A stretch of 64,000 nucleotides of DNA from a virus. Lineage: Duplodnaviria; Caudoviricetes. Location: IMG/VR virus record IMGVR_UViG_3300034095_001474, positions 64,001-128,000 of that record; one strand, written 5' to 3'. The position numbers were made by a program, and so were the translations under genes. Shown here one piece after another: positions 47,933 through 56,766 of this stretch. Under the pieces are notes generated by a model. The model was not told where the DNA came from and searched no databases. It worked only from the letters and a program-made list of their open reading frames with translations. Numbering within the stretch: position 1 is the first letter of the stretch; each line of letters starts with the position of its first letter.

Positions 47933-49777
47933 TTATTTTAACAATGTGATATCAACACGTCTGTTTGCCGCTTTACCACTTGCTGTTGCGTTGCTACCTA
48001 TTGGGTTAGCATCACCTTTACCAGTTACGATTTGGAAACGTTGTGAAGAAATACCTCGACTAGTTAAGTAATTAGCTACAGATTGAGCACGTCCTTGTGA
48101 AAGTGATACGTTAGAACTATGATTACCTACGTTGTCAGTATAACCGATTATGTTTAATTTAGCATCTTCAGCTTGAACAAGTAAGTTATAGATTGTTTCC
48201 AAGTCTCTTTCAGAACCTTCAATCGTTGCACTACCAGTAGCGAAGTTGATATTCCAATGACCAGAAGCCATAACTGTTGTTTTTGTTGCTGCATAGCTAA
48301 TCGCCTCAGTTTTACCAGCATATAAACCATCTTTGATAGAAGATAAGAAGTATAAGTTAACTGCATCTTCGTAAGCAACAACACCACTAGGACAAGATTC
48401 ATTGAAACCACATGGGTTCAAGTCAGTCAAGTATGCAGAGATTTGATTGTATACTGCTTTGTAACGATTTTTGTTATCACCACCCAAACCAAAGTATTGT
48501 TCAGCATCAGCATAGTTAAATACTCGTGTACCACCTACGTTGTAATCCAATCCAGCTTTTGTACCTTTTTGTCCTTTGAACATGTTGTACCAGTAGTCAG
48601 CGTTTTCAAAGTCATAAGTTGTAGCAACACATTCAGCAGCCTTACGAGCCCATTTGTCATATAACTTGATTTGGTTACAAGCAACGTATGTTTGTTTCAA
48701 GATTGCTTTAACTTCTTTCTCATGTAACAAAGCCCATTCTTTTACTACGATGATTGATGTTGCCATTTGGTTAACAAAGTCTTTTGTAGATACAACATCA
48801 GTAAAGCCAGTCAAAGCATCGAAAGCCATCTTATCTCCAGGTGTCCACGTTGTAGCACCATCAATTTTGTGGTCAACAGTTTTACCAGTCAATTTACCAT
48901 CAATTACTTCTTTCAAAGGTACAGTATATCCCATGTTTTGAGATTTGATAAGTTCTTTTACAGAGTTGATATAGTCATCATCTTGAGAAGGTACAAAGTT
49001 GATTGCGTTAGCATCATAAGTTGTTGGGTCTGGATTTACTGGAATCTTGTTAGCAGATGCATAGTTTACAGCAACTACCCAGTCACCATCGCCAATTACT
49101 GATGATATTACAGCACCTCTAAGAGTTTGTGGGTTATCTTTCCAAATTTTTGGTCCGATTAATTTATCTTCTCCACATGATAATCCGATAGCACCGATGT
49201 TTTGTACGTGGTATTTACCTTTACCAAACTTGCTATCCAACGATTGTTGTGTAGTTGTTATGTAGAAAGGAACACCATCACCCATGATAGATACAGCAAA
49301 TGCTGATTTATCAGATTTAGGATAGTCAACACCTTTTGAAAATTCTTCTACAAACTTAACTTGCATATCACGTAAACCACCAACCATGTCTTGACGAACG
49401 ATTTCTAAGTTTACACCAGCAGCTTCCATTAGAGACCCACTAGTTGTACGAGGACCACCATTTGCTACAATCATACCAGAGTTACCATTCCATGCATACT
49501 CAGCGATTCTAATTAATCCGTTTCCAGATACTACACTAGATGCTGTTGTTGTCGGCAAAGGTAGTAAATCACCTTTAGTAACGTTGTTTAACTCGTCTGT
49601 ATCGATATCTAAACTAGATAACTCTTTAGACACTGCTACTCTCAATCCAGGGGCAGCCACATAGACAATACCTAAAACGATTGCTAACCCTAAACCCATA
49701 ATAAGGGCTTTACTTAATTTAGTTAAACGAGCCCATTTTGCTGTTAAACCACTTTGTGTTCCATTTACATTTTCCAT
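47933..49777 (-). CDS. substrate-binding protein fused to OmpA peptidoglycan-binding domain
   Basis: N-terminal TM; C-terminal GYTDNVG..LSQGRA..NRRVDI. Confidence 0.85.
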   Translation of the reverse strand: MENVNGTQSGLTAKWARLTKLSKALIMGLGLAIVLGIVYVAAPGLRVAVSKELSSLDIDTDELNNVTKGDLLPLPTTTASSVVSGNGLIRIAEYAWNGNSGMIVANGGPRTTSGSLMEAAGVNLEIVRQDMVGGLRDMQVKFVEEFSKGVDYPKSDKSAFAVSIMGDGVPFYITTTQQSLDSKFGKGKYHVQNIGAIGLSCGEDKLIGPKIWKDNPQTLRGAVISSVIGDGDWVVAVNYASANKIPVNPDPTTYDANAINFVPSQDDDYINSVKELIKSQNMGYTVPLKEVIDGKLTGKTVDHKIDGATTWTPGDKMAFDALTGFTDVVSTKDFVNQMATSIIVVKEWALLHEKEVKAILKQTYVACNQIKLYDKWARKAAECVATTYDFENADYWYNMFKGQKGTKAGLDYNVGGTRVFNYADAEQYFGLGGDNKNRYKAVYNQISAYLTDLNPCGFNESCPSGVVAYEDAVNLYFLSSIKDGLYAGKTEAISYAATKTTVMASGHWNINFATGSATIEGSERDLETIYNLLVQAEDAKLNIIGYTDNVGNHSSNVSLSQGRAQSVANYLTSRGISSQRFQIVTGKGDANPIGSNATASGKAANRRVDITLLK

Positions 49778-49879
49778 TTTTTTTCTTTTTTAATTGTTAT
49801 TTTTTAAACTTATAATACAAATGTAAGGAGAATATTTCAATTCTCCAAACATTTTTGTAATTATTTTTATTTTTTTTTT

Positions 49880-50701
49880 TTAGTATCTTAAACTAACTTT
49901 CTCTCTACGTCTAAAATTATAGATGTTTTCAATCATTAATTTACATTGTTCTCTATTAGCACAATCATACAATGCATTTGTTTGAGTTTTTAATTTACCC
50001 AAAAATTCTTTGTGGTTATAATTTTCATTTTGTAAAATTTGAATCATAGTACCAACAAAAACACTTTTATTGTATCCAGTGAAAAATTGTTTAAAATCTC
50101 TGATTTTGTCAGCCCATTCTTGTGCGATATCAAAATCTCTACCTTTCCAAGTTCCTTCTTCAAAAACTTGAGACATTTTCATTACTGAGTCACCATTAAC
50201 ACCTCTATTTTTTTGGTTAGCAAAACTGCCACTAGAAGTTGATTTGTTTGAACACAAAGAAATTGAATCAGTAAAACTAAAATCTGCATTGTTTTCAATA
50301 AATGTTCTTAATTTAATGTAAGAAATTTCACCCATGTCAGCATAACCTTCCATAAAATCTTTTTTGGTCCAGTTTTTTTGGTTTAAATTAAGTGTGTGAA
50401 CGTCAGTTAACGTATACCCATCTAACATAATGTAATAGAAACTGATATTTGCTTTTTTAGCCGCAAAAAATCTGTGTTGTCCATCAATTATCTCATAACT
50501 TCTATTTACTATGATTGGATTACATAATAAACCATTATCAAGAATACTATTATATAGTCTATTGATATGTTTAGGGTTTGGTGGTCTATTACCATCAATA
50601 CTTTTAAACTTTGAATAGTCGTTTGTTACATAAACGTTAATCCCAGTCATCTCTGTTACAGCTTCATCAAATAATGTTGGCTCTGTTGTTAAATTTTCCA
50701 T
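49880..50701 (-). CDS. ParB/Srx N-terminal domain protein
   Basis: NPIIVN..IIDGQHR. Confidence 0.75.
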   Translation of the reverse strand: MENLTTEPTLFDEAVTEMTGINVYVTNDYSKFKSIDGNRPPNPKHINRLYNSILDNGLLCNPIIVNRSYEIIDGQHRFFAAKKANISFYYIMLDGYTLTDVHTLNLNQKNWTKKDFMEGYADMGEISYIKLRTFIENNADFSFTDSISLCSNKSTSSGSFANQKNRGVNGDSVMKMSQVFEEGTWKGRDFDIAQEWADKIRDFKQFFTGYNKSVFVGTMIQILQNENYNHKEFLGKLKTQTNALYDCANREQCKLMIENIYNFRRREKVSLRY

Positions 50702-50884
50702 TTTATTTTATTTTTATATTGTTACTTTTTTATTTCGCAAGTCTAAGAAACTACCCTTATCGGTCTAAAACTCATCTTACTTTGGTAATACTCATATCGG
50801 GAACCACATACCCATAATATCTTGTCCACTCCTTCAAACCCCGTTGATAAGACTTGGGTGCTACTCGAACAGTTTTTTAGTGTA

Positions 50885-52003
50885 TTAGAACATTTCAGCG
50901 AAACCACCAGATTTAATCTGGTCATCACTTGTCAATTTATATTCTGGGTTAGAATATTGTTTCGCATTTGGAACAATATCGTTACCAATCTTGATTTTAT
51001 CAGCGATTTGATTCAAGTTAGCATATAATTCATCAGAATCTAATGAATAGTTACTAGTTAATGACTCAATATCTCTCAAGTTACCAGATGTAATTGCGAT
51101 ATCAGCAGCAATAGTTGATGTTACAACTTCCAAAGCATAATCCATTTCCCATCCTTTTGTGAAACCCATTGCTGATTTAGCAGCTGTAGTTGCAGCGTTA
51201 GATTTTTGACCAAACTCGTAGTCTTTCTTCAACATGTCGATAGTCGCATCAAAGTCTTGAATCTTTATATCCATAACTGTTTCAACCATTGTCAACTTTT
51301 GACCCATTTTCTTCATGATACTAGCACGAGAACCATACTTTTGAACGAAGTCTTTAGATTGAGTTAACTTGTTAGCAACACGTTGTGCTTCAGCCAATAC
51401 TTTTTGTAACTCAGAAGCATATTGTACGTACTCATCTTCCATCTTAGCCTCGATACCCATTTTCTTAACCATTCCGTCCATAGATACTTTTATGTTCTCA
51501 GCTTTTCCTTGCAACGCAATGATACGTGTTTGACCAGTGTTGGCATCTGTTTCAGATTTTTTAGCTTCAACTTCCATTTCTTGTTTCAAAGAAGCAATGT
51601 TTCCTTTAGCCATTCTAAAACTTTGTTGATTTTGAAGCATTTTACCTCTTTCAACTTCCAACTGAGCAAATGGGTCATACTTTATAAGAGATTTGTGTAA
51701 ACTTCTTGCAAAAAGACGAATCCCTTTTACGATTACTGGTGCTAATATCACCAAACCTATAATCATCACTCCAGTTGCAGCAACCGCTAACATTTGTCCA
51801 ATTGCTAGGAACACTGGAGGTAACACATATGTCCAAGCCGCCCATGCGATTGCACCAAATACTGCTAATTTTAAGAACCAAAATAAGTTCTTCTCACCTT
51901 TTCTGAAGGTATCTACTTTTGTAGCGATTTCATTCTGACTGAAATGCTTCATCATTGGCAACTCCATTAGGTTTGCGTTCAATGTTTTACTTTCTGTTTG
52001 CAT
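50885..52003 (-). CDS. membrane-anchored coiled-coil (PspA-like) protein
   Basis: two TMs followed by a long coiled coil. Confidence 0.65.
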   Translation of the reverse strand: MQTESKTLNANLMELPMMKHFSQNEIATKVDTFRKGEKNLFWFLKLAVFGAIAWAAWTYVLPPVFLAIGQMLAVAATGVMIIGLVILAPVIVKGIRLFARSLHKSLIKYDPFAQLEVERGKMLQNQQSFRMAKGNIASLKQEMEVEAKKSETDANTGQTRIIALQGKAENIKVSMDGMVKKMGIEAKMEDEYVQYASELQKVLAEAQRVANKLTQSKDFVQKYGSRASIMKKMGQKLTMVETVMDIKIQDFDATIDMLKKDYEFGQKSNAATTAAKSAMGFTKGWEMDYALEVVTSTIAADIAITSGNLRDIESLTSNYSLDSDELYANLNQIADKIKIGNDIVPNAKQYSNPEYKLTSDDQIKSGGFAEMF

Positions 52004-52010
52004 ACTTTTT

Positions 52011-52709
52011 TTATTTAAGATTAATTACTATTCCATTCTTAACTTGCTCGATGGATTGGATTACTTTATTTTTAGCCATATCGTTAGCAGCAAGTTTGCC
52101 TTCGATTTCTTGCAATTTAGGTCCATATTTACCATCAATTGCTTGAAGTTTTGTTTCACGGTCTTGGATTTGTGTTTTAAGAGCCTCCATTTGTTGTCTC
52201 ATCAAATCCAATTCACCTACCAATGATTGATTCTCGTTGGTTTTTAAATCAATCGTTTCTTGTTTCTTTGCATTACCTTTAGCGACATACTCATCGTATA
52301 CCTTTCCAATTTCAGCAATATAAAAGTTTGATTGTTCTACCAACTTATCTTTGGTAATAGTTTTGTCCATACCAGAACCCATCATAAATGCCATTTGGTA
52401 AATCTGTGGGTTGTCAGCACCAGCATTCATTACTGCTTGGAAAAACTCATAGAAATCATATCCAGATTGATTCAGCGAATCAAATCCTTTTTCATAAACT
52501 TCTAGAGCATTGTTCAAATGTTCTTGAGATACACCTACTGGTGCGTATGTTGGTGTTGGACTTGGAGTTGGTGTAGTTGGAAAACTAAACGAACTTGGTT
52601 GACTTGTTTCCGCTGTTGGAAACTTAGTCGTGTTACTTGGTGTTTGCTCAACTGTTGGTACTACTGCACTTTCTTCAGTATCTGTTACAAACCATGATTT
52701 AAAACTCAT
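52011..52709 (-). CDS. hypothetical protein (Pro/Thr linker, coiled coil)
   Basis: first gene of the ABC/OmpA operon; GYDFYEF motif. Confidence 0.75.
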   Translation of the reverse strand: MSFKSWFVTDTEESAVVPTVEQTPSNTTKFPTAETSQPSSFSFPTTPTPSPTPTYAPVGVSQEHLNNALEVYEKGFDSLNQSGYDFYEFFQAVMNAGADNPQIYQMAFMMGSGMDKTITKDKLVEQSNFYIAEIGKVYDEYVAKGNAKKQETIDLKTNENQSLVGELDLMRQQMEALKTQIQDRETKLQAIDGKYGPKLQEIEGKLAANDMAKNKVIQSIEQVKNGIVINLK

Positions 52710-52808
52710 TTTTCTTTTAATTTAATTGTTAATAATAAACTTTTAACAAAGGTACAAAACTTATTTCGATAAAACAAATATATTCGTAAATATTTTTAAA
52801 TTTTTTTG

Positions 52809-52879
52809 AAATTCATACTGGGCTCGAACCAGTGTCTGATGGCTTATCGCCCTCCGTGGTGCCACTCCACTAATGAATC
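52809..52879 (-). ncRNA. tRNA-like RNA with degenerate anticodon loop (Ile GAT-like)
   Basis: intact acceptor, D and T arms; ASL GAGGG-CGATAAG-CCATC lacks U33. Confidence 0.55.
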
Positions 52880-52976
52880 AACTATCTCCTTTTGCTCGGC
52901 AAAGCTCCATTTGATAGACGGATTATACGATATCAACTAGATTGCCGTCCAGTATCATTTGTACTCCCCAATTTTG

Positions 52977-53055
52977 TTGCGATTTGAGGAATTGAACCTC
53001 ACGGGGGTATATCTACCAATTCGTCTCATGAAAACGACCCTACACCATTATCGCA
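52977..53055 (-). ncRNA. rearranged tRNA-like RNA with CAU loop
   Basis: acceptor TGCGAT/ATCGCA, T arm, hairpin TCGTT-TTCATGA-GACGA in unusual position. Confidence 0.45.
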
Positions 53056-53061
53056 ATTTTG

Positions 53062-53219
53062 TTCCGATGGAAGGACTCGAACCTTCATTCTCTGGTAAAG
53101 CCACCAGCGATGTATTCCTTTCTACGTTTGTTAAACCATCAGCTTCGTATTGTACACTACTAGGCTTGAAAACCAAACATTCTTTTATACCAAAAGGCAA
53201 CCAATTCATCTTCATCGGG
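53062..53219 (-). ncRNA. tRNA-like RNA with ~85-nt D-loop insertion
   Basis: CCCGATG/CATCGGA acceptor, GATG/CATC D stem, CTGGT/ACCAG stem with 6-nt loop, T arm. Confidence 0.5.
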
Positions 53220-53421
53220 TGAAGTTTATAAGGGCCGAGAGATTTACCTCCAGACTTCCACCACTTTGTTTTACTAAACAAAGAAAATAAGTAAAAGAGA
53301 AGCTTTGGGTCTTTCGGGGTTTCTGATTGAATGCAATGAGTAAGCTCTACCTACTATAAACCCTTTTTCGGTAATTAATACACTCTACCTTTCAATTACA
53401 GCTTAACTACTTCTCTTTATG

Positions 53422-53528
53422 TACAGAATAAAGGATTCGAACCTTTGAGTCCCCGTGTATAGGTATCATACATACCACATTCCCAGACTTTATGTATGCT
53501 CAACCTTAAGCCACTCGGTCAATTCCAT
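53422..53528 (-). ncRNA. class II-like tRNA with enlarged anticodon arm
   Basis: D arm ACC/GGT, CATACATA/TATGTATG stem with 16-nt loop, T arm AAAGG/CCTTT. Confidence 0.5.
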
Positions 53529-53620
53529 ATTTGAGGCTGAGAAGACCTCTGTGTTGTTATAAAAGAAATGTTTAACATTTCTACGTTCCTTTCTCAATGG
53601 AACAACACAATATTTGAGCA

Positions 53621-53750
53621 TCAAGATTGACTTTTTTGTGCTAGCCAGTTACACCACACGCCCACACCTCTGTTAGGACATGCTGGGATTCGAACCCAGA
53701 CCCTTTGTTTTACAGACAATTTTGGTTTATTTGCTGAAACAATCTTTTGT
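53621..53750 (-). tRNA. candidate circularly permuted tRNA (GUA anticodon)
   Basis: 3' half (53675-53720) precedes 5' half (53638-53663); acceptor GGGCGTG/CATGTCC. Confidence 0.6.
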
Positions 53751-53787
53751 ATGCTCTGTTTAGGTCAGAGGAACCTTCAATGTGGGG

Positions 53788-53915
53788 ACAAGATTAACTT
53801 TTTTTCATACGTGCTCTACCACTGAGCTACCGACCTCTGCGAGACCAGGTGGGATTCGAACCCACGACCACGGCATTAACAAGGCTTGAATTTTTGGTTG
53901 CTGAAATAATCTTTT
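53788..53915 (-). tRNA. candidate circularly permuted tRNA-Asn(GUU)
   Basis: 3' half (53841 to ~53885) precedes 5' half (53810-53836); acceptor AGGTCGG/CTGGTCT. Confidence 0.55.
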
Positions 53916-53965
53916 TACCCTTGCAATATTCTACGCAGTTCCCCACGTAGAGTATTGTTTAACAA

Positions 53966-54601
53966 TTACTTGTTAGATGGTGTCACGTTAATTGACCCAA
54001 CTGAACCAGCTTTAGCTCTTTCGATACCAGCAGCTCTTTCAGCATCTAACTGTAAGTACAATTTAGTTACTTGTTCTTCTAAGAACTTGTTTTGAGTAGC
54101 TAATGTACCAATTTTTGCAGCATTTTCAGCAGCGACAGCTTTGTTCTCAGAGTGGATTAATTTAATCTCATTCTCATACTGAGTTTTCAAAGTTGCAACG
54201 ATAGTTGCTACTTCTTTTTTCACTGTAGCTTCAGTGTTAGTTCTTGCAGTGTCTAAATCAGAACGTAAAGTTGTTAATTCAGATGTTGCGATAGACGTGT
54301 AACCGTTAGATGTTAACCACTGAGTTACAACTCTTTCTTGGTTAGCTCTGAATGATAAGTCTAACTCAACGTCAGCTTGTCTACGTTTTTCAGCGTACTC
54401 AACTTCTAATGCAGAAATTGCTTCTTCTTTATTAGCTACTAACATAGTTAATTGCTCTGATTGGTCCGATAAAGTAGAAACTGTTGCAGTTGCTGCTTTT
54501 AATTCGTTTACAGCTTTAGCGATTTGTGCTGCTGCTTGTCCTAAAACTACTTCTGTGTTTGCAGAAGCTTTTCTTGCTGGTGTACTTTTTGGTGTTGCCA
54601 T
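53966..54601 (-). CDS. Ala-rich coiled-coil protein
   Basis: 211-aa ORF with own promoter. Confidence 0.8.
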   Translation of the reverse strand: MATPKSTPARKASANTEVVLGQAAAQIAKAVNELKAATATVSTLSDQSEQLTMLVANKEEAISALEVEYAEKRRQADVELDLSFRANQERVVTQWLTSNGYTSIATSELTTLRSDLDTARTNTEATVKKEVATIVATLKTQYENEIKLIHSENKAVAAENAAKIGTLATQNKFLEEQVTKLYLQLDAERAAGIERAKAGSVGSINVTPSNK

Positions 54602-54844
54602 ACTTTTTTTTCTTTTTTTACTTTTTTTTTTATTATATTATGATTATTATATCCTTTTTCTATACTACAAATATACGAACATTTTCTTTAAATGTCAAGT
54701 GTTTTTGTAATTATTTTTAAAAAATTTTAGTATTTAACTATTTGATTACCAATACTTTTCAATGAACTTTTTCTATACTACAAATGTACGAACTCTTTTT
54801 GAATAATTCAAACTTTTTTACAATTATTTTTATTTTTTTTTTTG

Positions 54845-54938
54845 TGGAGAGATGTGGATTCGAACCACACTTTGGACGGATATTAAGTTATATCTTTCAA
54901 TAACACCACCCTTACTTTACCAATCAAGCTATCTCTCC
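54845..54938 (-). ncRNA. tRNA-like RNA with elongated anticodon arm
   Basis: GGAGAGA/TCTCTCC acceptor, D and T arms, ~20 extra nt in the anticodon arm. Confidence 0.55.
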
Positions 54939-55211
54939 AAATTACCCTCTGAGATTACGAGGACTAGATTTTAACGGTTTTTTTCATCTTGAACAAAACT
55001 ATCTCTCAATTACGCCTATAGTTTTTAACACTACTCTTTGATTGAGCCTTTACATTAGTGTCTTACCACATAAAAATAAGTCAACCATTACGATGGGGGT
55101 AAGATGGTCTTCTTCCCGATTCCAACGAGTCCCCACTCTGGCCGTAGGACTATCTGCCAAGACGTTGTTTAAGTATCGTCATCATAACTTATGAGTACCC
55201 CTTACTCATTG

Positions 55212-55336
55212 TCGGAAGGGAAGGAATCGAACCTCCAAATAGCAGTCCCTAATAGTAGTTTTATGCTGAACATAATCTTTAAACAGATTAACTTTTTTTT
55301 ACATACTGCCGCCTTTACCAATTTGGCCACCTTCCG
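55212..55336 (-). tRNA. tRNA with ~51-nt anticodon-loop insertion (identity uncertain)
   Basis: CGGAAGG/CCTTCCG, GCAGT/ACTGC stem, insert with AATCT/AGATT hairpin. Confidence 0.6.
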
Positions 55337-55350
55337 AATTTAACTTTAAG

Positions 55351-55423
55351 TGGTGAGAGGTGGATTTGAACCACCGACACATGAGTTTTCAGCCCATTGC
55401 TCTACCAACTGAGCTATCTCACC
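55351..55423 (-). tRNA. tRNA-Phe(GAA)
   Basis: ASL ATGGG-CTGAAAA-CTCAT. Confidence 0.9.
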
Positions 55424-55427
55424 ATAA

Positions 55428-55611
55428 TAACCGAAGATAGATTTATGGAATCTTGCTGCAACCATAAACATCTCTTATAGTCTTTATACTATCGTCATAA
55501 ACATTTATGAGCTTCACACACCATTAGAGAGCCGAGTATTTCTACTTATCCTTAGTGCGACACCCTCCGACACGTCTCTCCACGCTTCCTATCCTACGTC
55601 TTTTTCGGTTA
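55428..55611 (-). ncRNA. candidate structured ncRNA
   Basis: closing stem TAACCGAA/TTCGGTTA, GC-richer than flanks, internal GCAGCAA hairpin, promoter upstream. Confidence 0.4.
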
Positions 55612-55700
55612 CTTTATTTTTAATACTTCAATGAACTTAATTTTAACACTGCAAATGTACAAACAATATTTGATATATGCAAATGTTTTTTATTTTTTTT

Positions 55701-55862
55701 TTAATCTAAATAGATGTCGTGTTGAATTACAGCGTAAGCATCCAGCTTAGCACCCAATTCAAAATAGTAACCGAACATGTCGTCACTAATTGCATTCTCT
55801 AACATATAAATTATATAGTTAGCCATCATCTGCATTGCTTTTTGTAGTATCTTTCTTTTCAT
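55701..55862 (-). CDS. 53-aa hypothetical protein (not in ORF track)
   Basis: MKRKILQKAMQMMANY..IYLD directly after a promoter. Confidence 0.55.
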   Translation of the reverse strand: MKRKILQKAMQMMANYIIYMLENAISDDMFGYYFELGAKLDAYAVIQHDIYLD

Positions 55863-55888
55863 ATTACAAATGTACAACAATTTTTTGA

Positions 55889-56077
55889 TTAATCCAAATT
55901 TTTATTAATATTTTCTTTAAGATTTTTGTTCCCTTTTGAATTTGTTGGGTCAAACGGACAATGCCTACAAATATTTCCGCAGCATGTACCTCTTTTTTTA
56001 AGATAGCGTTCAGTATAAACTATCTTTCCTTTTTCTAGGTAATAATCGATTCCTTCTTCAAAACTAAATTTATCCAT
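55889..56077 (-). CDS. DUF5522-like Cys-rich protein
   Basis: YTERYLKKRGTCCGNICRHCPF. Confidence 0.8.
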   Translation of the reverse strand: MDKFSFEEGIDYYLEKGKIVYTERYLKKRGTCCGNICRHCPFDPTNSKGNKNLKENINKNLD

Positions 56078-56411
56078 TTTTGTTTTTATCTAATATTTTG
56101 TAGAACCATAATTTTATATATTCTCTTTGTTCATTATATGTTTTTTCATTTAATTGGAAATTGAATACATTTTTAATTTCTTTCTCACAAACTATTTTTC
56201 CATGTTTTATCAACCCAATTGAATTTATTTCACCTACTGGAATTAAAGAATGTGAAAAATCATTAACATCACTATCACCTAGAACAGTTAAAAATAAATT
56301 ATACTTACCTTCTTTTATTTTATTAGTATCAAAATAAGTATTAACGTTATTAATTTCAGATTCTTTAATTATCGGTAGTGAAACACTTAAATATAACCAA
56401 TATATTTTCAT
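56070..56411 (-). CDS. hypothetical protein
   Basis: start trimmed to MKIYW, downstream of tRNA-Ala. Confidence 0.6.
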   Translation of the reverse strand: MKIYWLYLSVSLPIIKESEINNVNTYFDTNKIKEGKYNLFLTVLGDSDVNDFSHSLIPVGEINSIGLIKHGKIVCEKEIKNVFNFQLNEKTYNEQREYIKLWFYKILDKNKNG

Positions 56412-56427
56412 TTTTAAATAGTTTTTG

Positions 56428-56500
56428 TGGAGATGATGGGACTCGAACCCACATCCTTTACCTTGCAAAGGTAACGCTCAGCCAATTGAGCTACATCCCC
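56428..56500 (-). tRNA. tRNA-Ala(UGC)
   Basis: G3:U70; ASL TTACC-TTTGCAA-GGTAA. Confidence 0.92.
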
Positions 56501-56583
56501 ATATAGTTTGGTAACTATTCGCAAGTTTCGAACCTTTTAATAGCTTTATATCCATACCCACCAAACCACTGGGTATTTACAAT

Positions 56584-56657
56584 TGGCGGTCCATGAGGGT
56601 AACGCTCCCTCGTCTTCGCAGTGACAGTGCGAGATTCTACTTTTATACTAATGGACC
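56584..56657 (-). tRNA. tRNA-Asp(GUC)
   Basis: G73 with encoded CCA; ASL TCGCA-CTGTCAC-TGCGA. Confidence 0.85.
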
Positions 56658-56766
56658 AGTTATCAATTTTCTTTTATTTTCAGTCAGCGGCATTGATTGG
56701 CCTTTCTGTTAATCTTTATTTTCGACCTTTAATCCAACCTTCGTTTAGGTACAAAAAAGTCAATAG

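Noticed and set aside
52959-53281. ORFs 52959-53222 and 53048-53281
   Set aside because: They overlap tRNA-like RNAs whose base pairing explains the sequence better.
52800-55620. tmRNA or RNase P RNA
   Set aside because: No tag frame ending ALAA or similar, no tmRNA ends and no RNase P consensus found by eye. A covariance search is still needed.
56505-56580. T-loop-like GGTTCGAA and D-loop-like hairpin between tRNA-Ala and tRNA-Asp
   Set aside because: No acceptor stem or complete cloverleaf could be built; probably a remnant.
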